Source of the DNA: an uncultured Acidobacteriaceae bacterium
GTDB lineage: Bacteria; Acidobacteriota; Terriglobia; Terriglobales; Acidobacteriaceae
Length of the DNA stretch: 64,000 bases
Assembly (NCBI GenBank): GCA_963767705.1
Contig: CAVYEO010000002.1
Coordinates: 1,404,353 to 1,468,352, forward strand
Reading direction: 5' to 3'
Below, one piece after another: positions 46,807 to 57,127 of the stretch (position 1 is the first letter of the stretch; every line of letters starts with the position of its first letter). Made by a program: the position numbers and the translations under genes. Under the pieces are notes generated by a model, which searched no databases, was not told the origin of the DNA, and saw only the letters and a program-made list of their open reading frames with translations.

Positions 46807-49800
46807 TCAATGTGCCGTGTGGAGCACATCCGCGAATTGAAGTCCGTTGCACTTCGCAGCTACAGCGTCGTTGTTCGGCACGGAGGAGGATTCGTTCGTC
46901 GCGAAGCACTGGATCTTGCGGTGGTGAAACTCCCGGATGGGCTGGTCCGCTAAGTCGCGAAGTGATTGCGCGGTTCGCGCCTTGCAGTAATGCTGTTCGT
47001 ACACGTTTTGCGTTCCTCGCGAGTACGCCCAGTGACAGTCCTGCCCCTCGCTATCGAGTACCCTGTCCGAGACGAAGCGGATGCCGAAAGCTAGGTCCGC
47101 CGCGGTCGGTACTGCGATAGCGCTTACGATGGCCGAGCTGCTGTGGTACTCTTTCGCGGCGTGCAGTGGTATCCCTGCGAGCGTTCCGATGTAAGGCAGC
47201 TCGACGAACGGCGGCAGCAACGGCAGCAAAGGCCGTCCCTTAGCCAGCACCGCGGAAAACGAAGATAGATCGAAGAGCACGATGGAATCTACCCGGACAT
47301 GCGTGTTCACGCTGTGTGTCGCCACGCGCGAAAGGTCAGGATCGCTCGTGTTCTGATTGGCGCTGGACCAGTATTTAGGGTCAGCCGATTCCGCAGCAGT
47401 AAGCCTTACGTCCATCTCAGCACCGGACGCGCCCACGGTGCTGCGCGGAGTTACCGAGAGGTTTAGATTTCGGCCAATGTTGATTTTCGTCGTCTGATAA
47501 GTGGAGAGCCCGGCCAACACTGCTTGCGCTTCCGCGGACAGACCGCCCGTAGCGACGGCCGCTGCAGTGGAGGCCGCCTTGGAAGCGGTGGCAGTCCCGC
47601 CGCCACCGCTGGAGCCGGAAGAGCCGCCCTGACCGGATTTTCCACCGCCATTGCCGGAACCGCCACCTAACGCACCGGCCACGGCGCCAGCCACCGTGCT
47701 CCAGTCAGGCGCCGAGCTCGCATCGAGGAAGCTCTGCGATGTAGTGTCAACCTCAGCGGTGTGCCCGGAAACGGTGCGCACCGAAACAATGCCATCATTC
47801 AGGAAGCTGTCTTTGTTCGCGATGCCCTTGGCTGTAAGGGCAGTGCGGAGTTTGGCTCGCAGGTAGCTTTGGTACGCAGTGAGATCGTGGTTGAAGGCGT
47901 CGATCAAGGGATTAAGAGCGCTGTTGAAGGCGTCGGCGCTCTGTGTGAGGTCGTAGGGCGTGAACTCATGCGGGTACTGTTGGCTCATTTTGTAATGAAA
48001 GAGGAAATCGGCGATTGCTCGGCGCGCCAGTCCCAGTTCGCTCGGCTGTGTATCTTGCGGGCCTGTGCGGTGCAGAAGCAAAGTAGCTGCGCGCCGGAAG
48101 CACTCAAGGTAAAGGTCAGGTGACGGATGTCTGCCGGAATCATTTTGGGCGTAGATCTCCTGCCGTACAATTCCTATCTGGTCAGCCGTTTCGCAGTCGC
48201 GGACTCTATCGAGCCGCAAGTCCGGATCATTCACCTGGCCCACCAATTGAAGCGCTCTGGCCGTCTGTCCGGTTAGGTCTTGTTCTTGAGCTAGCCCGGT
48301 CTTAATCTTTTTGTCCGCGCGGCGCAGAGTTATACGGGCCTGCCTGTTCTGCGCCCAGACCTGCATGCCTTCCTGAATCCGCGGAGGGCCGCACTGGGTG
48401 CCGGCAGCGTCCTCGACGTCCTCTATTCGGTTGATTGCGCAGTTGGTGACCCGCGCTGGATTTTCCGCAGCGATGATAGCGAGCAGCAGATTTGTGAGCC
48501 GCGGCTGCAAAGGTTGAAAGAGGGTGGTGTACCCCAGGCAGTACTCCCCGACAAGGCATACGTTCTGTCCGGGAGCGTCATACGCTCTCACGCTTTGCGC
48601 CATGAAAATCTTCTGTCGGAGCCCGGCGAAGGGCTTGCTTGACTCGAACGGATCGCGGTAATCGGCATTGTCGAGCACCGTCATTCCGGTGAGATACTTG
48701 TAGAAAGGTGGATCGAAATAACCTTGGTCCGCCATCGCCAGCTTGAGATACTCCCAGCCGGTCAGAACCCCCCGCTGCAGCCCCGTGTTATGGTCGTTCA
48801 CCGTCTGCCGGATAACCTGGTTGGCGGCCCCGAACTGATCTGCTCGTTTGGTCGAATTCTGGAGCACCCAACCGTTGATGATCATCTCCGGGCGCGGCAG
48901 GTCGAGGAGCGCCAGGACACGCTTCTGCTCACTGATTGCAGCATCGTCGCCCAGGTTTGCGCCTTCTGCGAAAACTATCAAGTCGCCTGCTGCTGACGTG
49001 GAAGCCTGGACTTGTGCCGAGGATTGGCCGTCAGCACCCGAGCCCTTGCCGGCGCCGGTCTTCTTCGCACTGCTGTTCTCGGAGGAAGACCCCCGCCCTT
49101 CGAAGAACTGCTAGCTCCTTTGCTCTTGGTCTTACTGGTTGAGTCTCCGCCCGGGCTGGAGCCTTCGCTTTGGTTTGCGTTCTGGCTCCCGCCTGCGCCC
49201 GCGCTCGTACTCGGCGCAGCTTGCTTGTCCGTTCCTGTTGCAGCTCCCGGCGACGCCGAGTCAGTCTGGTCATCCTGACCTGCGGAAGGCGCAGGTGCGG
49301 CTGTAGCGTTAACTAAGCTGGCGGCAGTGGGTGCGTCCAGCGAGTACACGCGCGCTACCGGGGACTCTGAACCGGGACTCCAAGCTAGTCGGTGCACTGC
49401 GTCGAGAAAAGCTTGAAGATCTGTACACGAAGGCGAGCCAGATACAGTAATTCGGATTCTGCCTCCGCCCGCATTCTGGGCCGCGAACCATGGTGAGCCC
49501 AAGGCTGTGATGCTTGCCGCTGGATCACCGAGCGAGCGTGCATGAGGAACCTCGAAATCGAACGATGCCGTAGACTTTGCCGTGAGCACGAGCGGGAGCC
49601 AAATCTGAATGAGGCGGTTGAGAACGGTATTGTCTGTACTTCCTGTCTTTCCCGCGGCGCGTGTCAACACCAAGGTATTAGTATCCAGCGCCGTTAAGGT
49701 GAACGGGGCGGCCTTTCCTAACACGGTAGCGACATCTATTGCAGAGGCGGCGGATGCACGAGACTCGAATACAGGATTCGGCGGTGGTGGGGGGCCTGCA

Positions 49801-50189
49801 CGCACGGGGCATGAGGACAGAGCCAGAACCGGAGGCGAGCACGGCTGTCCTTGGGGCGACGGAAATAAGCATAACGCCTTGTTGCCAAGTGGAATTTCGC
49901 ATAGCCAGTGGTCAAGGTGACACACGGCTACTGGTACGCTGGCAGCTAACTTGGTCGAAGGCGGCTGGAGCGAGGCGCCGTTCGCGTTGCGGCTTGCGCT
50001 CCCGGTCACCTTCTTGTTTGCCGCTGGTGCAGTGCCGCTCCTAGGTTTTTTGTTTGGCGCCGGAGTAGCTGGGCTAGTGGTTGCAAGACCCGAGTAACCG
50101 AGCATGGCAGAACACAGCGAGCACGCAAGGATTCCACCGATTAAGGAACCAAGAAGAGAGCGCACGGATCTGCACAGGAGCAGCGCCAT
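46807..50189 (-). pseudogene. Large exported, possibly lipidated, secretin-like protein; two ORFs (403 and 724 aa) separated by a 1-nt frameshift in a Ser/Gly-rich linker
   Basis: There is an N-terminal signal peptide with a possible lipobox (GGILAC). The 724-aa frame is open upstream to 49110 and reads SSSENSSAKKTGAGKGSGADGQSSAQVQASTSAAGDLIVFAEG, continuing the low-complexity text of the 403-aa ORF. A C5 run at 49090-49094 sits at the switch point. The C-terminal blocks LNLSVTPRSTVGASGAEMDVRLTAAES, THVRVDSIVLF, VELPYIGTLAGIPL and AIVSAIAVPTA resemble the secretin C-domain. The family call is tentative. Confidence 0.45.
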
Positions 50190-51025
50190 TGCAGCAACCT
50201 CGATAGAAGTTCAGTGGGGGCCCATGGGGAGTACAGCGAACGGTAGTCGAATCAGCGCGCGGATCTGACGCATAACCAGCAACCAAAGCGTGCAATGCGT
50301 GTAACAGCGGTTCGCAGTGGGAATCATCGTGCCCGTTGAAGATACTTTTGTCAATATCTTTCTTTACTCTAGTTGCAGGCCATGATCTATGGGCGGAGAT
50401 CGCAGATCATGTATGACCACCAAGCGTCCATTTGCCGGTAAGTTCTCAACTTTTCACTTGGTAAAGTCGCAGATCTCGCCACTGTCAACGGCGGTCGAAT
50501 CCCACCGGCCATGCTGGAGACAATGAGTCCTACACCGCCAGCAGCCTTGGTGGTGGTTAGTCCAGAACTCGGAAAGCTGACGCTCGGGTGACCGTGGAGT
50601 GGCTCGTCGAGCAGAACGAGTAGAAGGAACAAGTCAGAGTACTGCCATAACGCATCGCCCAACTTGTTCGACGAGTCCCTCGAGAAGGTCGTATGCTGTT
50701 CAGAAGGCCCTTGGCGGCCTTTTGAGACGTCGTTCTGTATCAGGCTGCTGTGAACGCCGACCCGCTCGAAACGTCGCAGAGGGAAGCAAAAGCAAGCTGG
50801 ATGGACTCATTGACGTTTCGTGTCGTGAACGGAGATCCGGAACCACACTGCTGTCCAGCACCTGCTCGTTCCCAAACTGACGCCCGCTTGGGGCAACGAT
50901 TCATAGGAGGCGGCACAAGCTGTCCGTGATACAAGGATCGCAGGACGACTTTGCCAAAGGGACAGACAAAGCTCGAATCGCATGCGATACTTCAGTGTCT
51001 TCTTCTGACCGTTAAGGAGGCTCCG

Positions 51026-51283
51026 ATGGACAAAGCCAAATGGATCAGATTTGCAGTCTATTCAGGGATCATCCTGTTCACCCTCGTCCAGGCGTACCTT
51101 CATCGCCAGTTTCTGGTTGCGCATGGTAATGGGCATGTGGACCTCAAGCTGTTCGCCTGGGCACTGGCTTGGGTCGCGTATGTGGTGTTGTTTTGCACAC
51201 GGAAACAGGGGCACACAGATCGATTCGTCAGCTTCGCGTTCGTCCTTAGCTTCCTGCTGCCGATCTTTCTGCACATCTGGTAG
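51026..51283 (+). CDS. Small hypothetical membrane protein (about 85 aa, 3 predicted helices)
   Basis: A strong AAGGAGG lies 5 nt upstream of ATG 51026. It has three hydrophobic segments (FAVYSGIILFTLVQAYL, LFAWALAWVAYVVLF, FVSFAFVLSFLLPIFL). Confidence 0.45.
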   Translation: MDKAKWIRFAVYSGIILFTLVQAYLHRQFLVAHGNGHVDLKLFAWALAWVAYVVLFCTRKQGHTDRFVSFAFVLSFLLPIFLHIW

Positions 51284-51629
51284 GAGCGGGCCGCTGGTGG
51301 TTGTGGGTTGACGGTTATCAAGGCCATTTCGGCGTGGAAGCATAGCCGCCGGTCCTATGAGCCTTTCGTATGGCATAGTGGTTCAGCCACCCCTCTCCCT
51401 ATCTTCGTGGCTTATCGACGGAACAGGGGCGCACGGGCGGTCCGTGCGTGAGTGAAAGCTTGCGCTTGCCTCTTATCGGCTGTACCAGAAAAGGGCCTCT
51501 CGACCGGAATGTCCTCTTTGCGGCGTTCGGCGGCGTGATGCTTAAGGGAAGGCCGATTTCGATTCGTCAAGACAGGCCACTAGGGAGAGGACCCAGGCCG
51601 TCCCACGCGTAATTCGGCAGTTTGTGTTT

Positions 51630-54600
51630 TTAGTCGACTCGATGCTCCAAGACATTCCGCTCGCGCAGGGCTTCATAAAGCTGTGCAGGTCCCAGCAAGA
51701 CTTCTTTAAGACCACTACGGACATGTTCTGACTCCAGCGCCTGCTTGCTCAGAGAGGATAGCGCGCGAAGAGCGTCCATGATGGCGTTGATGAGTTCGTG
51801 ATTCAGATCGGGCGAGTTGGCGAACTGCTCCTTGGTGTTGTTCGCCGCCTGCTGCCTCAACGTGTCCGACTCCAGCAGCTTGCCCTTGATCACGTCGTTC
51901 ACGTAGACGAGCTTGTCCTCCTCGGTCAGTCTCGCCTTCGAAGAGGTCATTGACCTTGGCGATGATCTCGCCAGCCGCGCCTTTTCCTTCTCCTGCACGG
52001 AGCCGGAGCCTGTGTCGGTCAGCGGCTTCAGCGTCGGTGCGTCGCCTTCGCCAAGAGGCAATGCTGCGGTTCCCGCGTTCATGCAGGATGTGGTGCGTCA
52101 GCACCACCTTCGAGAGATCGACTCCGTCCCGCTCGCGGCCAAACTCCAACAGCGGCAGCAGTCGCTTGTAGAAGATAGCCCGCTTCTCGAGCCCCGTGTT
52201 CCCGTAGTCGAAGATCTGCGACAGGAACGTGTAGGCGTGACCGAAGCTGCCCATGTCGCGCTTGAACAGCATCAGCGCCTCCATCTCAGCGTGAGCGTCT
52301 TCGGCTGCGCCGTCGTCGCCTGCGGACTTGCGCAGCCTTCCAACGTTCACTGAGCTGCTTTGAATTGGCGCACCAGCCGATCCGCCACCGGCTCCAGAGC
52401 GCGCACCAGATCGCCCTGCTTCGACTGCGGGTTCAGCTCCACCGTCACAACGCGGTCCACCTCGAACTCGTCGTAGTGTCCGGCTGCATCCAGCTTGGCA
52501 CGCAGGTTGTAGACCAGGTTCGGATCGGTCACGTCCTCCAGCGTTGCCGTCGTCGTAGTAGGTCTTGAACGCCTCCAGGACCTCTTCGGCATCATTCACG
52601 AAGTCCAGCACAAATGTCGTGTCCTTAATGCCGAAGCGGCCCGAGTAGGAGCGGTTCAAGCGCGATAGCGTCTGTACTGCCTGGATACCCGCCGAGCCGT
52701 TTGTCCACATACATCCCGCACAGCAGCGGCTGATCGAAGCCGGTCTGGAACTTGTTCGCTACCAGCAGAATCTGGTATTCGTCCGTCTTGAAGGCCTCGC
52801 GGATGTCCCGCCCGCGCAGATTCGGGTTCAGCACTTGACTGTTCTCCGTGAATGGGTCTGCGCCGGACTCCTTATCGTTTACCTCACCGGAGAACGCGAC
52901 CAGCGCGCTCAAACGATAGCCGCGCGACTGGATGTACTTCTCGATGGCCAGCTGCCAGCGCACTGCCTCTAGCCGGCTACCGACCACGACCATCGCCTTT
53001 GCGTGACCGTTCAAGCAGCGGTTGGACATTCTCACGGTAGTGCTCCACCACGACCTGCACCTTCTGCGAGATGTTGTACGGGTGCAGCCGCACCCAGCGC
53101 ATGATCCCCTTCATCGCCGTCGTGCGTTCGACCTCTGTTTCGTCGTACTCCTTGCCATCATGGGCGAGCTTGAAGGCGAGCTTGTAGGTCGTGTAGTTCT
53201 GCAGCACGTCGAGGATGAAACCCTCCTCGATCGCTTGCCGCATGGAGTACACATGGAACGGCTCAGGCAGGTTCGTCGGTCCTGCTGGCTGATCTGGATC
53301 TGGCCTGCGGCCAAACAACTCCAGCGTCTTTGCCTTCGGTGTCGCCGTGAACGCAACATAGGTGATGCCCGTATCGGCGGTGCGAGCCGTCATCTGCGCC
53401 CGCAGCACGTCTTCGAAGCCAACTTCGCCGCCGTCCTCGATCTCCTGCCACTCTTCGGCGCTGAGCACCTGCTTCAGCTTCGCGGCTGCCTCGCCCGTCT
53501 GCGAACTATGCGCCTCGTCGGCGATCACAGCGAAGCGTTTGCCCTCGGTCGCTGCAAGCTCGCGACACCTTTTCCAGGGCGAACGGGAAGGTCTGGATCG
53601 TGCAAACGACGATCTTCTTATCGCCGGAGAGCGCCTCCGCCAGCTCCTTGCTCTTGCTGCCGCTCTCGCCCTTGATGCTGGTCACAACACCCGTCGTGCG
53701 CTCGAAGTCGAAGATGGCGTCCTGCAACTGCTGGTCGATCACGTTGCGGTCGCACACCACGAGCACGGAGTCGAACACCTTCTTGTGCTCGGCATCATGC
53801 AGGTCTGCAAAGAAATGCGCCGTCCATGCAATCGAGTTCGTCTTGCCCGAGCCTGCCGAATGCTGGATCAGATATTTGCCGCCCGCACCTTCCGCCTTTA
53901 CGGCGGCCAACAGCTTCCGCGTCGCGTCGAGCTGGTGGTACCGCGGGAACAAATAGCGCGTCAGCTTCTTCTTGTCGTCCTTTTCCGTGACAAGGTAGCG
54001 GCCCAGGATGTCCAGCAAGCTCTCGCGCTCCCAAACCTCCTCCCACAGATAGCTGGTTCGATGGCCTGCCGGCGATGGTGGATTGCCGGCCCCGCCGTTG
54101 TCGCCCTTGTTGAAGGGCAAGAAGCGAGTGGCCGGTCCCGCCAGCCTGGTCGTCATCTGAGCTTCGGAGTTGCTGACGGCGAAGTGAACCAGTGCACCAC
54201 CGGGAAAGCTCAACAGAGGCTCGGCCTTTTGGCCTTTCGGCTGCGGATGCCGGTCGAACCGATACTGATCTACGGCGTCCTTCACGTTTTGGGTGAAGTC
54301 GGTCTTCAATTCCACCGTGGCGACGGGCAGGCCATTCAGGAAGAGCACGAGATCAAGGCAGTTCTCATTGCCCTCGGAGTAGCGCACCTGGCGGACGACG
54401 CGCAAGCGGTTGGCCGCGTATCGGGTCGTGATCGCCGCATTGATGCCGGAGGCAGGACGAAACTGCGCCAGGGCAATCTTGCTCTTCACTGGGAAGAGCT
54501 CGATGCCGTTCCGCAGTACGTCTAGTGTTCCGCGCGTATCCAGATTCTGGCGAAGTTGGTCGAGTAGACGGGAGTCAGCTCCAAGGCCGTGTCCTTTGGC

Positions 54601-54774
54601 TAATGACTGCCATGCTTCCGGTTGCGACTCCTGCACCCACGCAATCACATCCTCAGGGAACAAAGCCCGCACCCGGTCGTACTGGGCGGAAACAGCCTCC
54701 TCATATACCCAGCCATGCTGCCCGAGGTACTCGGCAATCTCGACCTCGAAGTGAATCTCTTTGTGCAGGCTCAT
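51630..54774 (-). pseudogene. hsdR: Type I restriction enzyme R subunit (HsdR), disrupted by about eight frame changes
   Basis: The homologous path jumps between ORFs:
- 53506-54774 (nuclease and motif I, QHSAGSGKTNSIAW)
- 52977-53528 (IADEAHSSQTG, the DEAH box)
- 52625-53035 (NGHAKAMVVVGSR...QILLVANKFQTGFDQP)
- 51715-52710 (AGIQAVQTLSRLNR...)
- 52347-52595
- back to the 51715 frame
- then alternating with 51630-52082 (C-terminal helical domain). Confidence 0.85.
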
Positions 54775-56087
54775 GCAGCCTCTTTCGGGGTGAAGTTGCG
54801 CACATCGATCTTACCGGTGACGGCAGAGGAGATGAGGGCGCTGCGACGTTCTTGGAGTAATCTAGTCCCGTCTTCGGCCATCTCTATTAAGCGGTCAATA
54901 GCCCCAGTGACTTGATCTAGGTATTCAACGATGGCTTCCTGTTCATCGGGTGTTGGAATGATGAGTAGCATCGAACCAAGTTCTTGCGCGTTGAGATGGG
55001 GCTGGGCAGCTCGCGTCCTTTCAAGATCGATTTGGTTCTCTTTGAGATACGAACTTAGCAGTGCATATTGAACAAAGTATGGGTTCACATCCACACATCT
55101 TAAGATCATGTCGAACCCGGCGATGCACGGGCCATATCCTTTACGGATAATGGCCGAGTCACCCGTATATGCGCCACTCCGGACAACGATTATGTCGCCC
55201 GGCTCAAGCCAAAAGGCTCTGTCCCCTGGAATGTCGCTGGGATCAATCAAGACGAGATCATCCTCGTACAGCTTCCCAGCATGCACGTTTGTCGCCCTTA
55301 TAAGTGGAGTGCCTGAGTCTCTATAGACTGGAGGCTCACCGATTCCATATCGGATTGACCCTATGCGTTTGACATAGCTAGTAGACCATTCGTAAGGAAA
55401 GTGACCAACTCCGCCAATATTCGAATCCTTTGTCGGGGCATTGGGATCGAGGCCCTTGGTGACTGCGTGCGAGATGACCGCCTGACGCTTCTCCTTCAGC
55501 AACTCGATCAGCCGCCGCTGTTCTTCGATGAGCTCTTCTATTTTCTTTGTTTCATGATCTAAGAAGGACGCAACGTTCCGCTGCTCTTCCATTGGAGGGA
55601 GCGGGAGATCGATGAGTGTGAATTTTTCGTATCTCATGGCTTGTCCATCACGGACTAGGTTGGATGTGGTCTGAAGTGCTTGGATATATAGATCGGACTT
55701 GAAAAGGTAACGGAAAAAACCCGGATATACAGAGTCCACTGGAGCGAGCATCACATACGCCGAACTAATGCAACCCCGAATGCCGCTCCATTCAAGGCCT
55801 CCTTGAAATGAGCGCATACTGATGACAAAGTCATCAGGCTCTACGTGCTTGAGGATTTCGGCTCCATGGATCACTCGCACAACGGCTCTGCCTTCGGCCT
55901 GCATGAACGCTTCCTGTGTAACGATGCCATGCTTCTGCGAAGCCGTGAGCTGCTCGTCTGAATCACGAACACGCTCCTTGCGCTGAGCAAACAAGCGTCG
56001 GCTCCGGTAGATGTCCCAGTGCTCCGGCACCCCGCCCAGCCAATCCACCCCACTGTCTTTGTATCGCTCGTAGCGCGGTAAGCTCAT
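54771..56087 (-). CDS. hsdS: Type I R-M specificity subunit (HsdS), two target-recognition domains
   Basis: 438 aa with the two conserved helical spacers LIEEQRRLIELLKEKRQAVISHAVTKG and RLIEMAEDGTRLLQERRSALISSAVTGKI separating two variable domains. ATGA overlaps both neighbouring genes. Confidence 0.85.
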   Translation of the reverse strand: MSLPRYERYKDSGVDWLGGVPEHWDIYRSRRLFAQRKERVRDSDEQLTASQKHGIVTQEAFMQAEGRAVVRVIHGAEILKHVEPDDFVISMRSFQGGLEWSGIRGCISSAYVMLAPVDSVYPGFFRYLFKSDLYIQALQTTSNLVRDGQAMRYEKFTLIDLPLPPMEEQRNVASFLDHETKKIEELIEEQRRLIELLKEKRQAVISHAVTKGLDPNAPTKDSNIGGVGHFPYEWSTSYVKRIGSIRYGIGEPPVYRDSGTPLIRATNVHAGKLYEDDLVLIDPSDIPGDRAFWLEPGDIIVVRSGAYTGDSAIIRKGYGPCIAGFDMILRCVDVNPYFVQYALLSSYLKENQIDLERTRAAQPHLNAQELGSMLLIIPTPDEQEAIVEYLDQVTGAIDRLIEMAEDGTRLLQERRSALISSAVTGKIDVRNFTPKEAA

Positions 56088-57127
56088 TCAGCCTCACTTT
56101 CCCGCGTGTCCTGCATGTAAAACTCCTGAAGCTTGGCCTGAAGCAGCTTTTTATCGGGAAGCGCTGTCTGATACTCGGCAATCAGCGCGGGGGACAACGT
56201 GCGGCTCAGAGCATATTCCACCACCTTGTCTTCCTTACTGGCACAGAGCAGCACACCGATGGAGGGCTGTTCGTGCGGCTTACGGACATCGCGGTCCAAC
56301 GCCTCCAGATAGAAGTTCAGCTTACCGAGATGTTCAGGCTCGAATCGCTGCACCTTGAGTTCAAACGCAACCAGGCAGTTGAGGCCACGATGGAAGAAGA
56401 GCAGGTCTAGCGCAAAGTCACGCGTTCCCACCTGCACGGGAAACTCCGAGCCGATGAAGCAGAAATCCCGGCCGAGCTCCAGCAGAAAATCCTTCATCCG
56501 GCTAAGCAATGCCTGGTGAAGGTCATTCTCGGTGTGTTCTCGCGGCAAGCCGAGAAACTCGACGTTATAGGCGTCTCTGAAAACGTCTATCGCCTCTGGG
56601 TGCATTTGTCTCACCGCTGCCGAGACTTTTGGCGGCGACAGCACCACTCGCTCAAACAGAGCTGCGTTGAACTGGCTTTCCAATTGGCGGCTTGACCAGC
56701 GTTCCTTCGCTGCCATGCGGACATAGAACTCGCGCTCTTCCGGCCTCTTGCTCTGGCCGAGAATGATGAGGTGATGGGTCCAGGGTAATTGTCTCAGCAG
56801 TGCCGAGACAATTGCTTCATCCCGGTACGCCTCATAAAATTGCTTCATTCTGAATAGGTTGGGCCGGGAAAAGCCGCGCAGCCCTGGATGCGTATGGGCG
56901 ATGAACCGGGCCAGATTCTCGACCGTCCCAGAGCCCCATTCGGCAGCTTCAATCTTGCGGCTAATGTGCTCGCCCACCTGCCAGTAGAGGTCGATGAGCG
57001 CGGTATTCACGGCGCGGTAGGCGTTTTGCTGAGAAGTTGCGATCAATGCAACGATCTCGGTAAACCCGTCGGGATCGGGCTGCGGCACAGCCAACGCGGA
57101 CTGATGTCGGTTCGGCTTTGTCGTCAT
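56084..57127 (-). CDS. DUF1016/YhcG-like PDDEXK nuclease-fold protein embedded in the R-M operon
   Basis: There is an N-terminal helical region (LIDLYWQVGEHISRKIE...) and a C-terminal D-LLFFHRGLNCLVAFELK block (PD-(D/E)xK pattern). It has 4-nt ATGA overlaps with hsdM and hsdS. Confidence 0.8.
   Translation of the reverse strand: MTTKPNRHQSALAVPQPDPDGFTEIVALIATSQQNAYRAVNTALIDLYWQVGEHISRKIEAAEWGSGTVENLARFIAHTHPGLRGFSRPNLFRMKQFYEAYRDEAIVSALLRQLPWTHHLIILGQSKRPEEREFYVRMAAKERWSSRQLESQFNAALFERVVLSPPKVSAAVRQMHPEAIDVFRDAYNVEFLGLPREHTENDLHQALLSRMKDFLLELGRDFCFIGSEFPVQVGTRDFALDLLFFHRGLNCLVAFELKVQRFEPEHLGKLNFYLEALDRDVRKPHEQPSIGVLLCASKEDKVVEYALSRTLSPALIAEYQTALPDKKLLQAKLQEFYMQDTRESEAE

Noticed and set aside
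46733-46829. The upstream ATG at 46829 as the start of the patatin-like gene.
   Set aside because: It would overlap the end of the upstream gene by 23 nt and adds a non-descript Arg/Gly-rich leader. ATG 46733 has an AGGAGA Shine-Dalgarno sequence 8 nt upstream. The choice remains uncertain.
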